Shown here: piece after piece, positions 1 to 14,800 of the stretch
How positions within the stretch are numbered: the stretch's first letter is position 1
Layout of the letters: each line of letters opens with the position of its first letter
DNA from: Mytilus californianus
Taxonomy: Eukaryota
Direction of reading: 5' to 3'
Assembly: GCF_021869535.1 (NCBI RefSeq)
Contig: NW_026262626.1
Coordinates: forward strand, 36,890,001 to 36,954,000
DNA: 64,000 nucleotides
Translations under genes and position numbers: made by a program
The notes under the pieces: generated by a model
Seen by the model: only the letters and a program-made list of their open reading frames with translations
What the model was told of the DNA's origin: nothing
The model's database searches: none

Positions 1-1551
1 CAGTAACAACTATTTCTGGACTAGCAAAAAAGACAAATAATAAGTAGCAATAAGGACCGTCCGGCATGAATGTCGGTGCATTTGGACCGCTGCCGGGAAA
101 TGAGGGAATATTGCATATATCGGGAACGAAGTTTAGCTCCGTAACAGATCTATACCACAAACAGACCTTTTAATAATCACACCCATCTGTTGATAATTGA
201 AGTTATTTTTTATCGGTACAATGTGCCCCAATTTAAGTTAAACAATGATTATCATAACTTTTCTTCTAATGTCATAGTATTTTTAAGACGAAAGGTTAGG
301 TTTATATTAAAAGGAATATAATGCAATTGCAAAGATCAGAAATAATCATGTCTGATGAACCATTAATACTATTTTTATCTAACTTTGCGTTACTTATTAT
401 CCGTCACCATCACTATTTAGTGATAATGTACAAGTGACATAGGAGCAGTACATTATAAAAATCTAGCTATGATGTTTAAAATTACACCGAATTAATTATT
501 TAAGATTACTACTTGTTTTAACATTCAGCATATTTATATTTGACAAAAAACACCTAATGTAATTGAGGTATTCTTTATATTCTCACATAAATGTGATTTA
601 AATCTTGAAATCAAAACAATAATATACCTTCTAAGGATCATAAATCCTTAAAACATTTTTTGGCATTGCATTTCAAATTCCATCAGGATGATGTTGATGC
701 AATCTTTTTATTGTCTGGTATTATAACCTTTTAACATTTCCACAAGGTGCAAGCTTATATGTTTGTTCACACTTTAATTTCGAATATTTAAGGGCATTGA
801 TAACCTTCCACATCTTCATTTGACATTAGACTTAAAATTATTAGCATTTAAATTACGTCTAACCTGTTGTCAGCAATCTTTATGTATTTGCAATTAGTGC
901 AAAACTGTTGGAAACGCCTCAATTAGTTGTATTATCATTCATATTTTTGATTTGGATAAATATTTTAGCTAAAATGATATTGTTTAATCTGAGTGAAATG
1001 CTTTTTTGTGATAAGAAACTGTATTATATCTATTTTGACCAGCAACTAAGTGTAAATTGCTATTGTAGTTCAAATAAATAAGAGATAATTAATAGAAAGT
1101 ACCATTTGACCAAAATGATTTAACTACTTGAATCAATGTCATGTATAAACAAAACCACGTCATGTGTGTCAATACATGCATAAATGGGCTTGACTTTTAT
1201 CGTTCAAGACTTATGCCTTATAATAAGGTGACTTGAAATAAATTCTTTTTAATTTCTTGATTAGATTTGTTTAAATTTTATATACAATTGAGATCTTTAA
1301 CGGTCATTTTTATCCGAAAATGTTAAAAAAAACTGTGCAATGATTAATTATTTAATGATTTCAATTACTTTTTAGTCTTTTTCTTTTGCGGTTAATTTAG
1401 TAATGTTCGAATTCAGACAACCAAGTTTGTCTTTTTCTATGTTAAGACTGTTTATTAGTTGTTATTGACTTGTTCGCTTGAATAACATACACAAGTGTCT
1501 GAAAAGCTATGGAACAGTTCTGTTTTGACCTCAAGGAATTTTGTTTAACAG

Positions 1552-1620
1552 TACCGAGTCTACCGGAGAGGATAAGTCTGAAAAAAGTTACAGTAATACA
1601 TATACAAGTGATATGACATC
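1552..1620 (+). CDS. RNF213: Candidate additional upstream RNF213-like exon (TESTGEDKSEKSYSNTYTSDMTS)
   Basis: Acceptor ttgtttaacag, donor gtaatt, open frame. It ends in phase 2 (TC), matching the phase-2 start of the 2754 exon (TC+G=Ser). No recognisable motif. Confidence 0.45.
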
Positions 1621-2753
1621 GTAATTCATAAACATTAATTGAATCCGAAATATTGTTCTATTAATAGCCCATCAATAGGTCAGTTTTTTTTTAAAAATAA
1701 TGTCTTATTTACATTCAAACTTCAGCCGATCGTTTAAAGACACATGCATGCTGCATTTGTTTGCACATATCCTAAGTCAGGAACCAGATTTTCAGTGGTT
1801 GTCGTTTGTTAATGTGACTCAAAAGTGTTTCTCGTTTCTCGTTTGTTATATAGATTAGACCGTTGGTGTTCATGTTTGAATGGGGTTACACTTGTCATTT
1901 TTGGGGTCTTTTATAGCTTGCTGTTCGGTGTGGGCAAAGGCTCCGTGTTGAAGGTCTTACTATTATTTAATGGTTTACTTTAACAAATTGTGTCTTTGGT
2001 GGAGAGGTATCTCATTGGCACTCATACCACATCGTCTTATATCTGTGAAGATGAATACTTTATGCCTATTGTTTCTTTACTGGCAGTTTTAAGGTTTTTC
2101 AATAGCCGTCGTATACAATACACAAAATAGAATGCGCAGTAGCATACATATTAGGTAGTGTAACTGAAGAATGAATAGATATTCATGTAGTTGGTGATAT
2201 ATATTAGTCGGATACAGGAATATTTCAGTCAGTTGGTCTCCATCTCATTATTTACAAGAAGTGAATAGTTTGATACATGTAAACCATTTAAGAGTTTAAC
2301 TTACAGACAATGTCCTCGAATAAATATACTTTTGTCTATCAAAAAAACTTCAAATCCTCATTTAATTATGGACCTTGCACACTAGATTTTTAAAACTGTG
2401 TAAACAGTATTTAAATTTTAATAATTAATGTAAAAAAATGTAAAAAAAAATAAGGTTCTTTGCGTTTTTTCTACATTTTGATAAAATAAAATGTATTTGT
2501 ATGTGGGATAATTTATAATATCTTTTTAAATTGTGCTCAGTAATTGGAAACATATGCTCCATTGAACTTTCGTTTTGTATGACAGAAAAAAAATCTGCTA
2601 AATCCAAATTAATGAATTCAATTTTCGATAAAAAAATTAAAAACATGTTTTTTTGTGTAATTTTGTACCCAAATATTTTACAGGAACATATATTAATATT
2701 TGGAATGTATATATGTTTGTCGTTGTTGTTTGTAATCTTTTATTTCATTTTAG

Positions 2754-2853
2754 GTGTGAATGGATAAGAACACTTGTTGTAAAGTTGTTTATTGAAAATG
2801 TATGTACACAGGGCATTGGAGCAGAAATTGTGCCATCTATGAAATTATGGAGT
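2754..2853 (+). CDS. RNF213: RNF213-like in-window exon 1 (CEWIRTLVVKLFIENVCTQGIGAEIVPSMKLWS)
   Basis: tttcattttag / gtaagt; phase 2 to 0. Confidence 0.88.
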
Positions 2854-5800
2854 GTAAGTAAAGAATTAAATGATGTTTGCATTCTGTCTAGGTTTAAATA
2901 CAAAAGATTTATGGCATAAAAGGCAGCCAGATGTTTTTATCAATGATACATATAGGGATAAAGATTAAAACATCAGAACCTGATTTTAGAAGCAATACTT
3001 TACGTTATAAAATTCGTCTGCTAAGATCTCCTAAGTGAAATAAAAAGGAGACTTGAAAATACAAATGGCAATTCCAGTTAGGATCATATCAAGCCCTTTT
3101 CATAGTATTTTCAATAACATATATGTACATGCATTTTTGTATACAAAAGTTTCTTGTCGTGCACTGTTTTTAAACTAAATACATTGCAATTCTCAACATA
3201 GATTGAAGAGTAAATATGGCATACCAAGTGTAAATTTATTTTTACGTTTTCATTGTTGCTACTGGCACACAAAAAAACAACAATACAATGTGAACATGCT
3301 ATCTTCACAGAAGCATTGATCAAGAACACGTCTAGAAGGTGTTTACGTTATATCATCAATTTTCATGTAATATGTAATGCCCCGAAGAAGTAATACAAAA
3401 GAAAGATTGTATTTTTAAAAGTTATCCCATTATCATTTATAGCGGGAATGTGCAGGGTCAAACTGTTCAATGACATTCAATAATTACATAGTAGTATAGC
3501 GTTAGAAAAATAAAATAAAAATTGACATATCACCATCTTTGTATCCCCTCATTATTATCATGCATTCTCAGTTGGCACTAAATTCAAAGAAAGTATACAA
3601 ACAAGGTTTGTTTTGACCCGCAAATAGAGGGCATGTTCCGCCCAAACGATTTTTTCACATTATGTTTCTTGAAACAAATAAACTAAGTGACAAGAATATT
3701 TGGTTTGTCGCACAGTTTTCTTTATTTCATAGGTAAAATTGTGTTGAAACCTAGAAATTTTCATATTTTCTTTACAAAAACCTCTTGTGTTGACATAAAC
3801 AATAAATATTAAGAAACTCTTTTATTTTGTTATAATGGACTCAATATTTGGTTTCAAAGAAGGTTTTCTTACCAAAGCTTCTTCTTCATTAAGTGTGTAT
3901 TTCATTTAAAAGCTGGCCTTATCATCCATACATCAAACAAGGCTTGAAGGAATGTACAAATTGTCTAAGACACGCTACATTTAAATCATTTTTGTAATTC
4001 ACTGTTTGCTTTTGTTCTTTATTCTAATGAAATTGATAATGGAAATGGAAAATACGTCAAAGAAACAACAACCCGACCAAATAGCAGACAACAGCCGAAG
4101 GCCACCAATGAGTCTTCAACGCAGCGATAAAAACCCGCACCCGGAGGTGGTCCTCAGCTGGCCCCTGGATACCTAACATACCATTAGCCTATGTAGAATA
4201 ACCTGTATGAGAAATGAACAAAACGAAATTCATGGAAAAAGAGTATCAATAATTGAGTCATATTAAAATAATTGCATCAGTATAAAAATAGTACTTGAAA
4301 TGTGTTTTATTGTTAACCTTATCTAAAAAATGTAGATATTCTAATATTGTTTAATTGCAAAATTAGTATCATCGAGTTGTTGAAATGTATGTAAAAGAGG
4401 GACGAAAGAATGTAATATATTTTTATGGTCAGTGTCAGATCACTGAATACTTGGAGATCCAGTGTAACTCTCAACCGACTCTATAGCTATGAAAACATAA
4501 TTAGATCAAAAGCACTAATTGTAATGTTAATAACCTATCTATCATGTCTATGGTATACTTTGAAACATAGAAATTTGATTTTTAAGAAAAGTCGCTTACC
4601 ACTGTATATTTAATATAATATCATATATAATAAAGAAATATCCTGAATATACTATTTTAAACTAATTGTTTTAATGATGATTTTAGAAACTTGGTGAAGA
4701 TGCAGACATGAAAGAACTCATCTCACTAGAAAAAGTTGAGAGTCATCTGAAAAAACAAAATGCAGAAGTTCTAAAGAAATGCTTTGGGTAAGAGGGATAA
4801 TGGATAAAGAAACTTAAAAACATCTTATTGTTCTTCCCGAACTAAATTTCATAGGATGAGTTTGTATAACGGCCCTTTTTTATCATAATAGTAAGTACAT
4901 CATTTATAAGTCTGAAAATTAAACCCAACAGTGATAGAAATTTTTTTTTATGCTGACCAATTTTTGTTCCTCAACGGGATTTGAAGTCACACCTTTGATA
5001 CACTACAGCACCAATCGCTTAGCATCATGTTCAGCGCTTTAGACCACTCGACAACATCTTCGAATTATGTAATTTCATTGATGGAAGCAAAATTGAGAAT
5101 AGAAATGGGGAATATGTCAAAGAGACAACAACCCGACCAAAGAGCAGCTGGCCCCTAAATGAAATTGTGTACTAGTTCAGTGAATATCGATGTCACACTA
5201 ACCTCCAAAACATATAAATGAACTAAAATTTAAAAAAACATACAAGACTAACAAAGCCAGAGGCCACTGACTTAGGACAGGCGCAAAAATGTGGCGGGGT
5301 TAAACATGTTTTATGAGATCTAAACGCTCTCCCTACATTTCTAGCCAATTTAGAATAAATAAACATATAGCAATACGCACAGTAAAAGTCAAAGTTTTCG
5401 ACTTTGAATGTAATACATAATGTAATGTAATATTTGCTGTACCAAACTGAGAAAATGGAAGCAAATCTTGACTCGCCGAACTGTTTTTCTGTTTCAAAGC
5501 GATACTAAAAATAATCTAATGTTTTTATATAATGGTTGCATATTGCTTATAGGTTAAATTGTAAAATTTCTTTGCAGTGTGCTGTCTAAATGTATTAACT
5601 GTGAAGCGGAAATTCAGAGTGCCCCAGTTAAACTTTCATGTAATCATGTTGTATGCAAGAAGTGCTACAAACAAATAATTGAAAAGAAAAGGCAATGTAC
5701 ACATTGTAAGGAAAAATTACCAGACAACTTTAATCAAGAAGAATTTGTTAAAAGGTATTATTGTTTTTTTTAAGGTTTTGCAGTAGTAACAGCCATAAGA

Positions 5801-8800
5801 CTCAAAATAGCTACCCGAAAAAAAGCTACCGATGTATAGTTGTCTGTACTATTAACGATTTTCATCATCTGATCAAACCAAGATGGTAATTATTTAACAT
5901 AAGCCAGACTGTTTCATTAAAAATCTTCTAATAAGCGGTCGGTTTTTAGCAAAACTGTCTTGGTTGTGTTTATTGGTTTTCATTTATCAAATGCTGGCGC
6001 AGTATGTAGAATAGCAAATAGTGAAAACATTGCCAACTGTACATGCGTGTCCAATCTATTCCCTTTGCCTCTAGTCGATAAAATTGTTAGTAAATTTCTG
6101 TATGAATTATTTCATTGAGCCAAATATTGTTGATTGCAACTTCGGCGTGTCTTTTGTGTTTAAACCGCCCTTTATTACCTAACCCGTTAAACATGGCTAT
6201 CAAGTGCAGGTGACTGAGTATTTGCCTCTCTCTTTATAACAAACACTTTTGGAACAAATCCTCTGTATGATGTTTATACCTGTATGGACGGATTACCCTT
6301 TTAAAGAGGGATATATTTGTATAGACTGGATTTAAAGTAGAACATGGCAAACGCACATTTTCTACTTATTATAGTAGTAACCTGCAACATCTGATGCATC
6401 AATTGGTGGACTTAATTTGATCTGCAGATGTCTTGTTTACTGCTTAACTGACTGTTTATACAATCTGTTGTTCATCATAATTAAAAGCTATAATGATCAG
6501 ATAAATTCTACTCAGTTATCTACTCAGTAATGCCTCAATGAAAAAAAAAATTATTGTTAGATTTTTAGTTAAGTGCACTAATTGGTACATATGCCATATA
6601 TTGTACTATAGTCATTATAGCTAGAAAATGTCATATTGCCAACTGTGCGCCTCTCCTTGTTGACCTCTTCCTATTTTCATATGAGTCGGAGTTCCTTCAA
6701 TCACTTGTCAAAAACAAGAAGATAAAAGAATCCAGATCATTTTTTATTTTGCAATTATTAGTTTAACCCATCCTCAAAAGCAATATACCAACTCATTCGG
6801 TATTCAAGAGCGTGCAGCGTCTACTCTTACTTAGAAAAACGTCACCAGCGTATGAACAGAGTTTTAATGAATCAAGGGTATATCAAAGAACGTCTTGTCC
6901 TTTCTAAATAAAGTTCATGGGAATATACAAAGACTTCGTTGACTCCTTCTCATGTATTTTATGATGGTATGAATTTTACCCTTCAGAACCAAAATCGTCA
7001 TAAAAACGTTTCCTGCATGGTTTATCTTTTATACATAAAAAAGAGGTTTATTGTTAAATCTGCAATTGGGTAGGATATTCTGTCCATTGTATTGAATTTG
7101 TTATAGTGTACAGTTGTCAACACAACTCCATCTACATATTTTATCGTATCGTCAGGAAATTTTTATATATTGTTCAATACTACATGTAATATATATTTGA
7201 TTATAGTTCCATTAAATCGACATGGTTCAGTATAAACTCAAGCAGACATAATTAGTTAACGTGCAATATTTTCTTCATTCATATATGTTGATGTTCCGGT
7301 TTGGCTGCTTAAAACTATTATGAACTGATTATCAAAGAAGGATGACTGTTGTTATATCTCCATACTTCCTTTTCTTTTCGGTATTATAGAAGGACTGCAC
7401 TGAAATTTATGTAAATGAATTTTACCTTTTACAAATCTCGTTATGTCCGAGCATTCTTAATAGAAGCACACACCTTAACATTTTGATATCCAAGTATGAA
7501 TAAATATGTAGCAACGTTATAAACTTGGTGGTATTGAGGGACATCAAAAAGATAAAATTAGTTATTTAGTGCGCTAGTAACCTAATACGATTTGTATGCG
7601 AAGCTCGAATCCCATATGGAATTTACTGACCCGATATATATATATAGTATTAGGTCACTGGCAAACAATGTAACGAATATATCAAAGTGATCAAGTCTTC
7701 AATACCGTTAGTTTTAAGAACCTACTTCCATTGGTCTATACAAAAAACAAATGCCAACAATAACAACTTGTCAGCTTTAAAGTTTTCCCCCAATACCGTA
7801 TTGTTTTATAAAGGGACGTAACACCAATACTGTATTGAAATAAGCACTGCCTTCTAACCTAATAGGGTCTCCACGCGGTAGCTTTTTACCTATCATTTTC
7901 CTAGAAGTGTATAAAAGGTAAGATAAGTAGATTTATCTCAATCTTTGATGCAATTCGATATCCTACAAAAGATTATTGCTAGCTTAAATGGTGTTAATAT
8001 CGATTACTTGATGTGAATCTCTTTATACTTTTAAGAATGCCTTTTACATAAATAATTTTGTTTAGGAGTGACGTAGAAAAGTACGAAGATTTTAGGGAAA
8101 GATGTAATGGTTTCTTCATGGAAATTGTTTCACAACTATGTTTTGCCGAGGGAACACTTCCATCTCAAGGAGTCATTGACAAGCTTCTGTCCTATATTGT
8201 TGGAAAAGACAAAAGTGACCGAGGAGAAACTATTGTTTCAAGACAACTGACAGTATTTCAAGATGCTATTGATCCAAACCCTGTGGTCAGATCCTTTTTA
8301 CTGCAGGAGATTATGCAAACAAGGTTGGCGTATAAAATGTATTGTTGTCTAGTAAATCAAACTTATATTTAATAGATATAGGAAGATGTGGTATGAGTGC
8401 CCATGAGACAACTCTCCATCCAAGTCACAATTATAAAAATAAACCATTATAGGTCAAGGTACGGTCTTCAACACCGAGCCTTGGCTCACACCGAACAGCA
8501 AGCTATAAAGGGCCCCAAAAAATTACTAGTGTAAAATACTTTATTATAATCATAATAACGTTCTACTTATTTTAAGGATATAGCCAAGGCTATTACATTA
8601 TCTATGCATACACACAATTTTCTATTTATCTTTGGATTTTTCTTGATTATGACATCCTCTTTTTTATCGAATGCTTGCAAAATACATATACAAAGACGGA
8701 GATGTTTATTTAAATTGCTAATAAAACAACTATCTACCAGACTCCCGGGGCCTCGGTGGCCGAGTGGTCTAAGTAGTTACTACTGTAATCACTAGCCAGT

Positions 8801-11800
8801 CAACACTGAGGTTGTGAGTTCGAACCCCGCTCGTGCGGGTGCACTCGACTCCAATCTTAATTGACTTGGATTGTCAGTTTTCCTATCGAAGGTCGTTGGT
8901 TTTCTCCGGGCACTCCGGCTTCCTCCACCAATCAAAAATGGCCGCCACGAAATAGCCCAAAAGCGGTGCTTAAAAGTGGCGTTAAAACACCAAAAATCAA
9001 AATCAAATACGAGACTCCCCATGACATTGATATTTTCAAATAGATGTCAAAATACGGTATAAAACAGTGATCAAAACTTATACAGTATAGCCATCTATGA
9101 AAAGCCTAGACAGGGCAAAATGTGAAAAAAACTCAAATGAAAACAGTAAACGATATAAGGATTACAGTTTTCGGACTTCTACCATGAACATATAACTTGG
9201 AATAAATGTTTTTTTCGAGCGATAATCACTATCCTAACCTGGGATAGGGTAGAGGTGTAACAGCAGAATAAAAGAACAAACACTAGAAATCAACTGAAAA
9301 GTGTTTCATTCATCAGATCGACATGATGCACATACGAAAATAACAGATCTATGTGTATCCACATTAACCGAAACGTAGTAAGTTCAAAGCAAATGGCATA
9401 TAACATGTATAAGAATAATGTAGCTCCAAGTCGAAAGAACGTACTTAAAATGTGTTTTATATACCGGAATATTGATTAATACATTACTAAATTCTATTCT
9501 ATCTTGTCTACAGATATTTCTAGCTATATATAATAAATATAATGATATGCAAAACATTTATATTTCTATATTGTAATGTTATACCATTACCTCAGGTTAG
9601 GGTGAAGGTTGGCGTCCGTTCAAACGTTTATACCCACTGTATGCGTTTGCACTTGTCCTAAATCAGGAACCTGTTGATCAGTTGTTGTCGTTTGTTGGTG
9701 TGGTTCATAAGTGTTGTTCGTTTCTTGTTTTTTGTATAGACTAGACCGTTGGTTTTCCTGATTGAATGGTTTTAAACTAGTCTTTTTAGGGGACCATTAT
9801 ATATGGCTGTTCGGTGAGAGCCAAGGAGCCGTGTTGAAGGCCGTACTTTGACCTATAATAGTTTACTTTTTACCAATTGTTACTTTGACGGAGAGTTGTC
9901 AGATTGACACTCATACCACATTTTCGTATATCATTTTCATTAAGATAATTAAGTTTTCTGAAATATGATTAGTCTGTCAAGTTGATTTTCTAAATTATAC
10001 ATTTTAAATAAAACTAAGAATAGAGACTTTTGACAATTCTTTTCTTGCAGTGGCAGCGACATTAAATCATATCTGTCAAAGTACTTTGACGACAATACCC
10101 AGCTTCTTCAAACAAGTGTTGGTAGTACGGAATCAATTGAATTATGTTTGCTGATATTGCAATGCATGGAGGTTTGTCATTCAAACATATAAGAAAATGA
10201 TTTAATCTACTTCGTTATACATGTACTTAACACTTTGCCTCATTTTGATTTTGTTATTCTAATCCTATGAAATATATTGCATATTTCGATGCGATAGTTG
10301 CATTATACCTCTGAACTATTTCAAGTTGAAAAAAATATATAATAAAATGCTAAAACTTTGCAAAAAGGAATGTAGTGCTTCGCAGTATAAGAAATAAACC
10401 TCCTTTTAAGGTTTTGTGGGGTTGTTTTTTTTAATTTTTTTTCAGGAATATTTTTTCAGACATTCTCTTATGCATTTTCTACATAAGAAAATGCCTGTAC
10501 TAAGTCAGGCATATGATAATTGTTATCAATTCGTTTGATGTGTTTGAGCTTTTGATTTTGCCATTTGATATCGGACTTTCCGTTTTAAATTTTCTGTATT
10601 TTTATTATTTTATTTTATTTTCGGCTAATTTTATATGGGTTTTAGCTTCAGTTTGGATACTGTCAGTAATATTCTCAAAAGGCAACCTCAAAAAAGAGTA
10701 TTCTACAATCTGAGGGTCATGAAAAATGGACCGTTTAAGTAATATATCACGTTAAATATTTAAACTAACTAACAATTTATTAAATAATGACTATTGCGGT
10801 TGCGTTCGGTTCTGCTTGATAGGAATGACAAGCGATATCGTTAATTCTGTGTGATTAATCTTATTTATTAAAATTGTACATCGACTTTAGATCGAGACAA
10901 ACCCATAAGTTGACAATGAGGCCTTTTCACAATACATCATTCCCCGTAAACCTGCACGACGCACCACAATTCAATTTGAATTATTTGTTTATTCGCACCA
11001 TTTTAAATTACCCACACTGTAAACTATTTCAAATTCAATATATCTTTTATAAAACAAACAAATTTAAAAAATATACAAATTCTGCTCTACCACACACTTC
11101 TTCTCTTAAGCAGACACTGTTACGTATGCACTCCGATCACCATTACACATAAAGAGCGTCACAGATATTGGAGAAACAAAATTTTATACTTCAGTATTGG
11201 AATATGTTCATGTAGTAATAGCTTTTTGTTAAACCCTCCTTAACAGCTACACAGGGACAGTAAAGGCGTTTTAATAATCTACATTTTTAATAATAAGATA
11301 AACCCTTTTATGAATTCACTAGCTGTTCTAGTTTATTTTCAGGATTCAATTCAGCAACAAAATCAAAAGTTTAACAACAGTAAACTTGAATTAGTACACA
11401 TAGAAAAGATGCTGAGTGAATCTGTAGAAGGGTTTTATAGCAACGTACATATTCTGGAAAAAATTGAGTGTATTGCGAAAGCAAAGTACAGTTTGTCAGT
11501 TACAGCAAGATACATACACGATCTATATGGCAAAACACAAGACACAGTTCAACTTGATGCTGAGTTACGTCAACTATTTGAAGCAGCTGGACATCTATGT
11601 GAAAATTCTGGATCCCAATGGCCAAGGTGACTACTTTATCTATTCAAATGCCGATTATCATTTCGAAATTTTTTGTGCAGTCATGGTGTTTTTTGTATAT
11701 TGTCGAGTTATAGTTTTCGTGTATTCCAACTTTTTGTTACTAAGAGGCAACAGAATATGCCGAATTGTAAGCCATATTATACAATGAGAAGAAACAACTC

Positions 11801-14800
11801 CAGATAAAACAATTAAGGAAATTGTGAACTCCAAAAGGTGCAAAACCGGTATGTCGACAGGATAAAAAATCATTATAGATATCATGCTTACAACTTGGTA
11901 TGCCAGACAAGCGTTAAATCTTCAAAGACTCATCGCTGGCGTTGACTCAGAACTAGTATTCAAACCAGCTATTAAAAAGAAACAGCGTAATACAGGTCAA
12001 TTATCATCGGGCATGAAAATTCATATTCAGACAAAATGTCATAAACGATACTAAAATACAATCGATTAATGTAGGGAAAAGATGTCTTTTGAAATTTGCT
12101 TCTGGATACAAAACAAAATGATATATACATGAGTGTTTGTGTGTTTGTGTTTGGGTAAGTTGGTTGCGTTTGTTTGTGTGTGAATATTGCTTCTTTTATA
12201 TTTATGTGTTTAAAAATCAACAAAAATGCGTTTTATTTATAGAAAATATTTCGTGAGAGTATTGTGTCGGAGTTATGGAACAGATGTGTATCAAGCAGTC
12301 CTAGCAAAAAGTGATAGGGAGTATTTGAGATGGGTAATATTACCAGATCTCAATGTAAGTATGAGCAAATCATGTCAAATTGTTAAACTTCAGACATGAT
12401 AACAGTAACTAGTATAGAGCTTACGTGCCGATACATATCAGTAGTCGATTAGACAAAAAGATCTATTTGGTAACACATTGTAATATTCTAATTTATATGA
12501 TTTGCCAGACAGATCCCTAACTGATTTGATAAAATCGTCTGCCTTAACACCAGACAACAGATACTTATGCAAACCGATTTCAATGAATATAATTATGATC
12601 TTTCACATCAATCCACTAGAGCCTCTATAGGATGTATGCATTTATAAAGTTGAATAACAATTCATCATACATCTATTATTAATTGACAAAGGATGGATTC
12701 CTTATAGTAACTTCTGTAAAATACAAGATTTGTTAATTTGATTTAGTTTTTTACTCCGCAAATCACAAATAAGATATACCTTCAATTGAAAAAATAAAAA
12801 TAATATTATAGTTGTACAAATAACAACTAGCTGTGATTTAATCAACAGGTTATGGAGTGTTATGACAGATATATTGTCAACGAAGATTACACGGATATTA
12901 GGCTAGCAGTAGCTGACTCAGTAATTAATCAGAAAGATACACAATTGACAGAGGTTTTTCATGTATGTTTTATTTCTTGTGGTAAAAATTAACCACATGA
13001 ACATTCTGATGGGACATTTTCTAAATCTACCAATTTTTATCATAAAAACCTGAACAAAATAATTCAGATATTAGTACTTTATTACTAGTATTCTGGTTTA
13101 TAAATAAAGGTCAGATAGTAGTATCAACATCTTCGCAACGAGCTTGTTTATGATATTCATGTCTAACGTCATTTAACATTAAATTTATAAAAACTCGGAA
13201 ACCTTTTCAAATAATTCTAAGGAAAGTATGTCAATGCTATGCATAAAGATACATGTATCAAAATAGATATATTATACCCTAACATTCTATCACAGTGGCT
13301 CTCCTAACTTGCCTTCCTTCTTCTGCTGGGAACAAGAAAGGGCATCCTTAAGCCAGGAAAATGTAATACTAAACACAGTAATGGGTCATTTTTTTGATAC
13401 TTGGCGATGGAATATGGTTTAAATTTGTTTATGCCCCTTTTTATCAGAATAAATCTTAATAAAAAGTTACTTTAAACAGCTGTTGAATCATATGTATAAA
13501 TGTTTGCGAGGTAGTCACATATTTTTCGTGTACATTTATTTGGTTACTTGTTAGTTTTTCTCTTTTCAAAGTTTTAACGTAAAAACTAAGTGAGGAATAT
13601 ATGATTTTACATAAAATTTGAACACCATCATTTCAGTCCATGTTGTGTGCATTGAAAAATGTATTTCTACGTTTTTAATACTTCCAGGTCGGTTTCGTTA
13701 CTGATTGACAACAGTCATCGCAAATATAATCTTTGTTTTTATATGTATTGGCAAGATGAAATAATACAGTACTGCAAATTTTGAGGTCCTAATGTATTTT
13801 GTACAGGCAATGTTTCCTGCAGACTTCATTCGTCAGTTTGTCTGAACAGTTATATTTGTTTTTCTTTTTTCTTTTCGTTTTATTTATTATGTTCTTTTAC
13901 AGAAAATATTACAGATTTTGTCTGATTTCAAACTAACGAAATTGCCTTGTACACTGTCCTTCATTTAGATTAGATATGACAACAGATAAACATTTTCGCA
14001 AATAGTTCAACAAAATTGCAAGCAGTTTTTCACCGAACCTATAATCAAACGAAAAATCATTTTCTTATTCCATATATTACTAAATTAACTGTTTGTTTAA
14101 TTTTTCGACCAAAATATTTGCAACACTTACAAGCTATAAGTATATTTGTTTTGACTTGCCATATATATTCACAAATTAAAACTAATAGGGAATAAGTACA
14201 ACGTCACCAAGACAGGAATGCAGTCTTTTAAAAAATAAAACAAATAAATCAACTTCTGCTCGTGATATTAAAAATAAAAGATTGAGTAGCTTAACCCAGT
14301 CGAAACTTGGGAATCAATGCTCATATACCTTTCTTTGCACAGACAAAAGTATGTATGGAATGGCAGTGTAACATTAATCTTCTACTGGCCCTTCACAGGG
14401 AAATCACAATGAACAATCTGCATGATGAGAAATGCAAAATGGAAACAGATAAAACAAATGAAGAACAGGTATTTGTATTTACAGTTGTTCTGCATTCGTT
14501 TATTTCACATAGATTTTCCAATTTCAAAATAAAACCAAACGAGGAAGAAATGTTCCTTTCAAGTAGTGGTACCTTGATCAAAGGTCCAAAACATTTAAAA
14601 GGTGTCCAGAATTTGGTCTATTAATCTATCATTTTAAGTTCTAAAATCAAAACTTGACAAAATTTAGAACTTCATGAAATTATAAATTTACCTTGAGAGA
14701 AAACAGGAAATTATGCTTTGGAAACACACAGAAGTTAATGAACACACACATGCAGAAATATTCTTTAGAGGTAACAGATGTGGTTCTCTCCTAAAAAAAA

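Noticed and set aside
687-717. Possible small exon (cag GATGATGTT...TCTG gtatta)
   Set aside because: No open frame gives the phase-2 end needed to join the downstream exons, and there is no motif support.
8747-8830. Possible tRNA gene
   Set aside because: A and B boxes are present but there is no cloverleaf, and the sequence continues into a SINE body with a TSD.
8604-9062. Cluster of four overlapping short ORFs on both strands (also 17655-17885 and 55475-55684)
   Set aside because: They are translations of the relatively GC-rich SINE, not genes.
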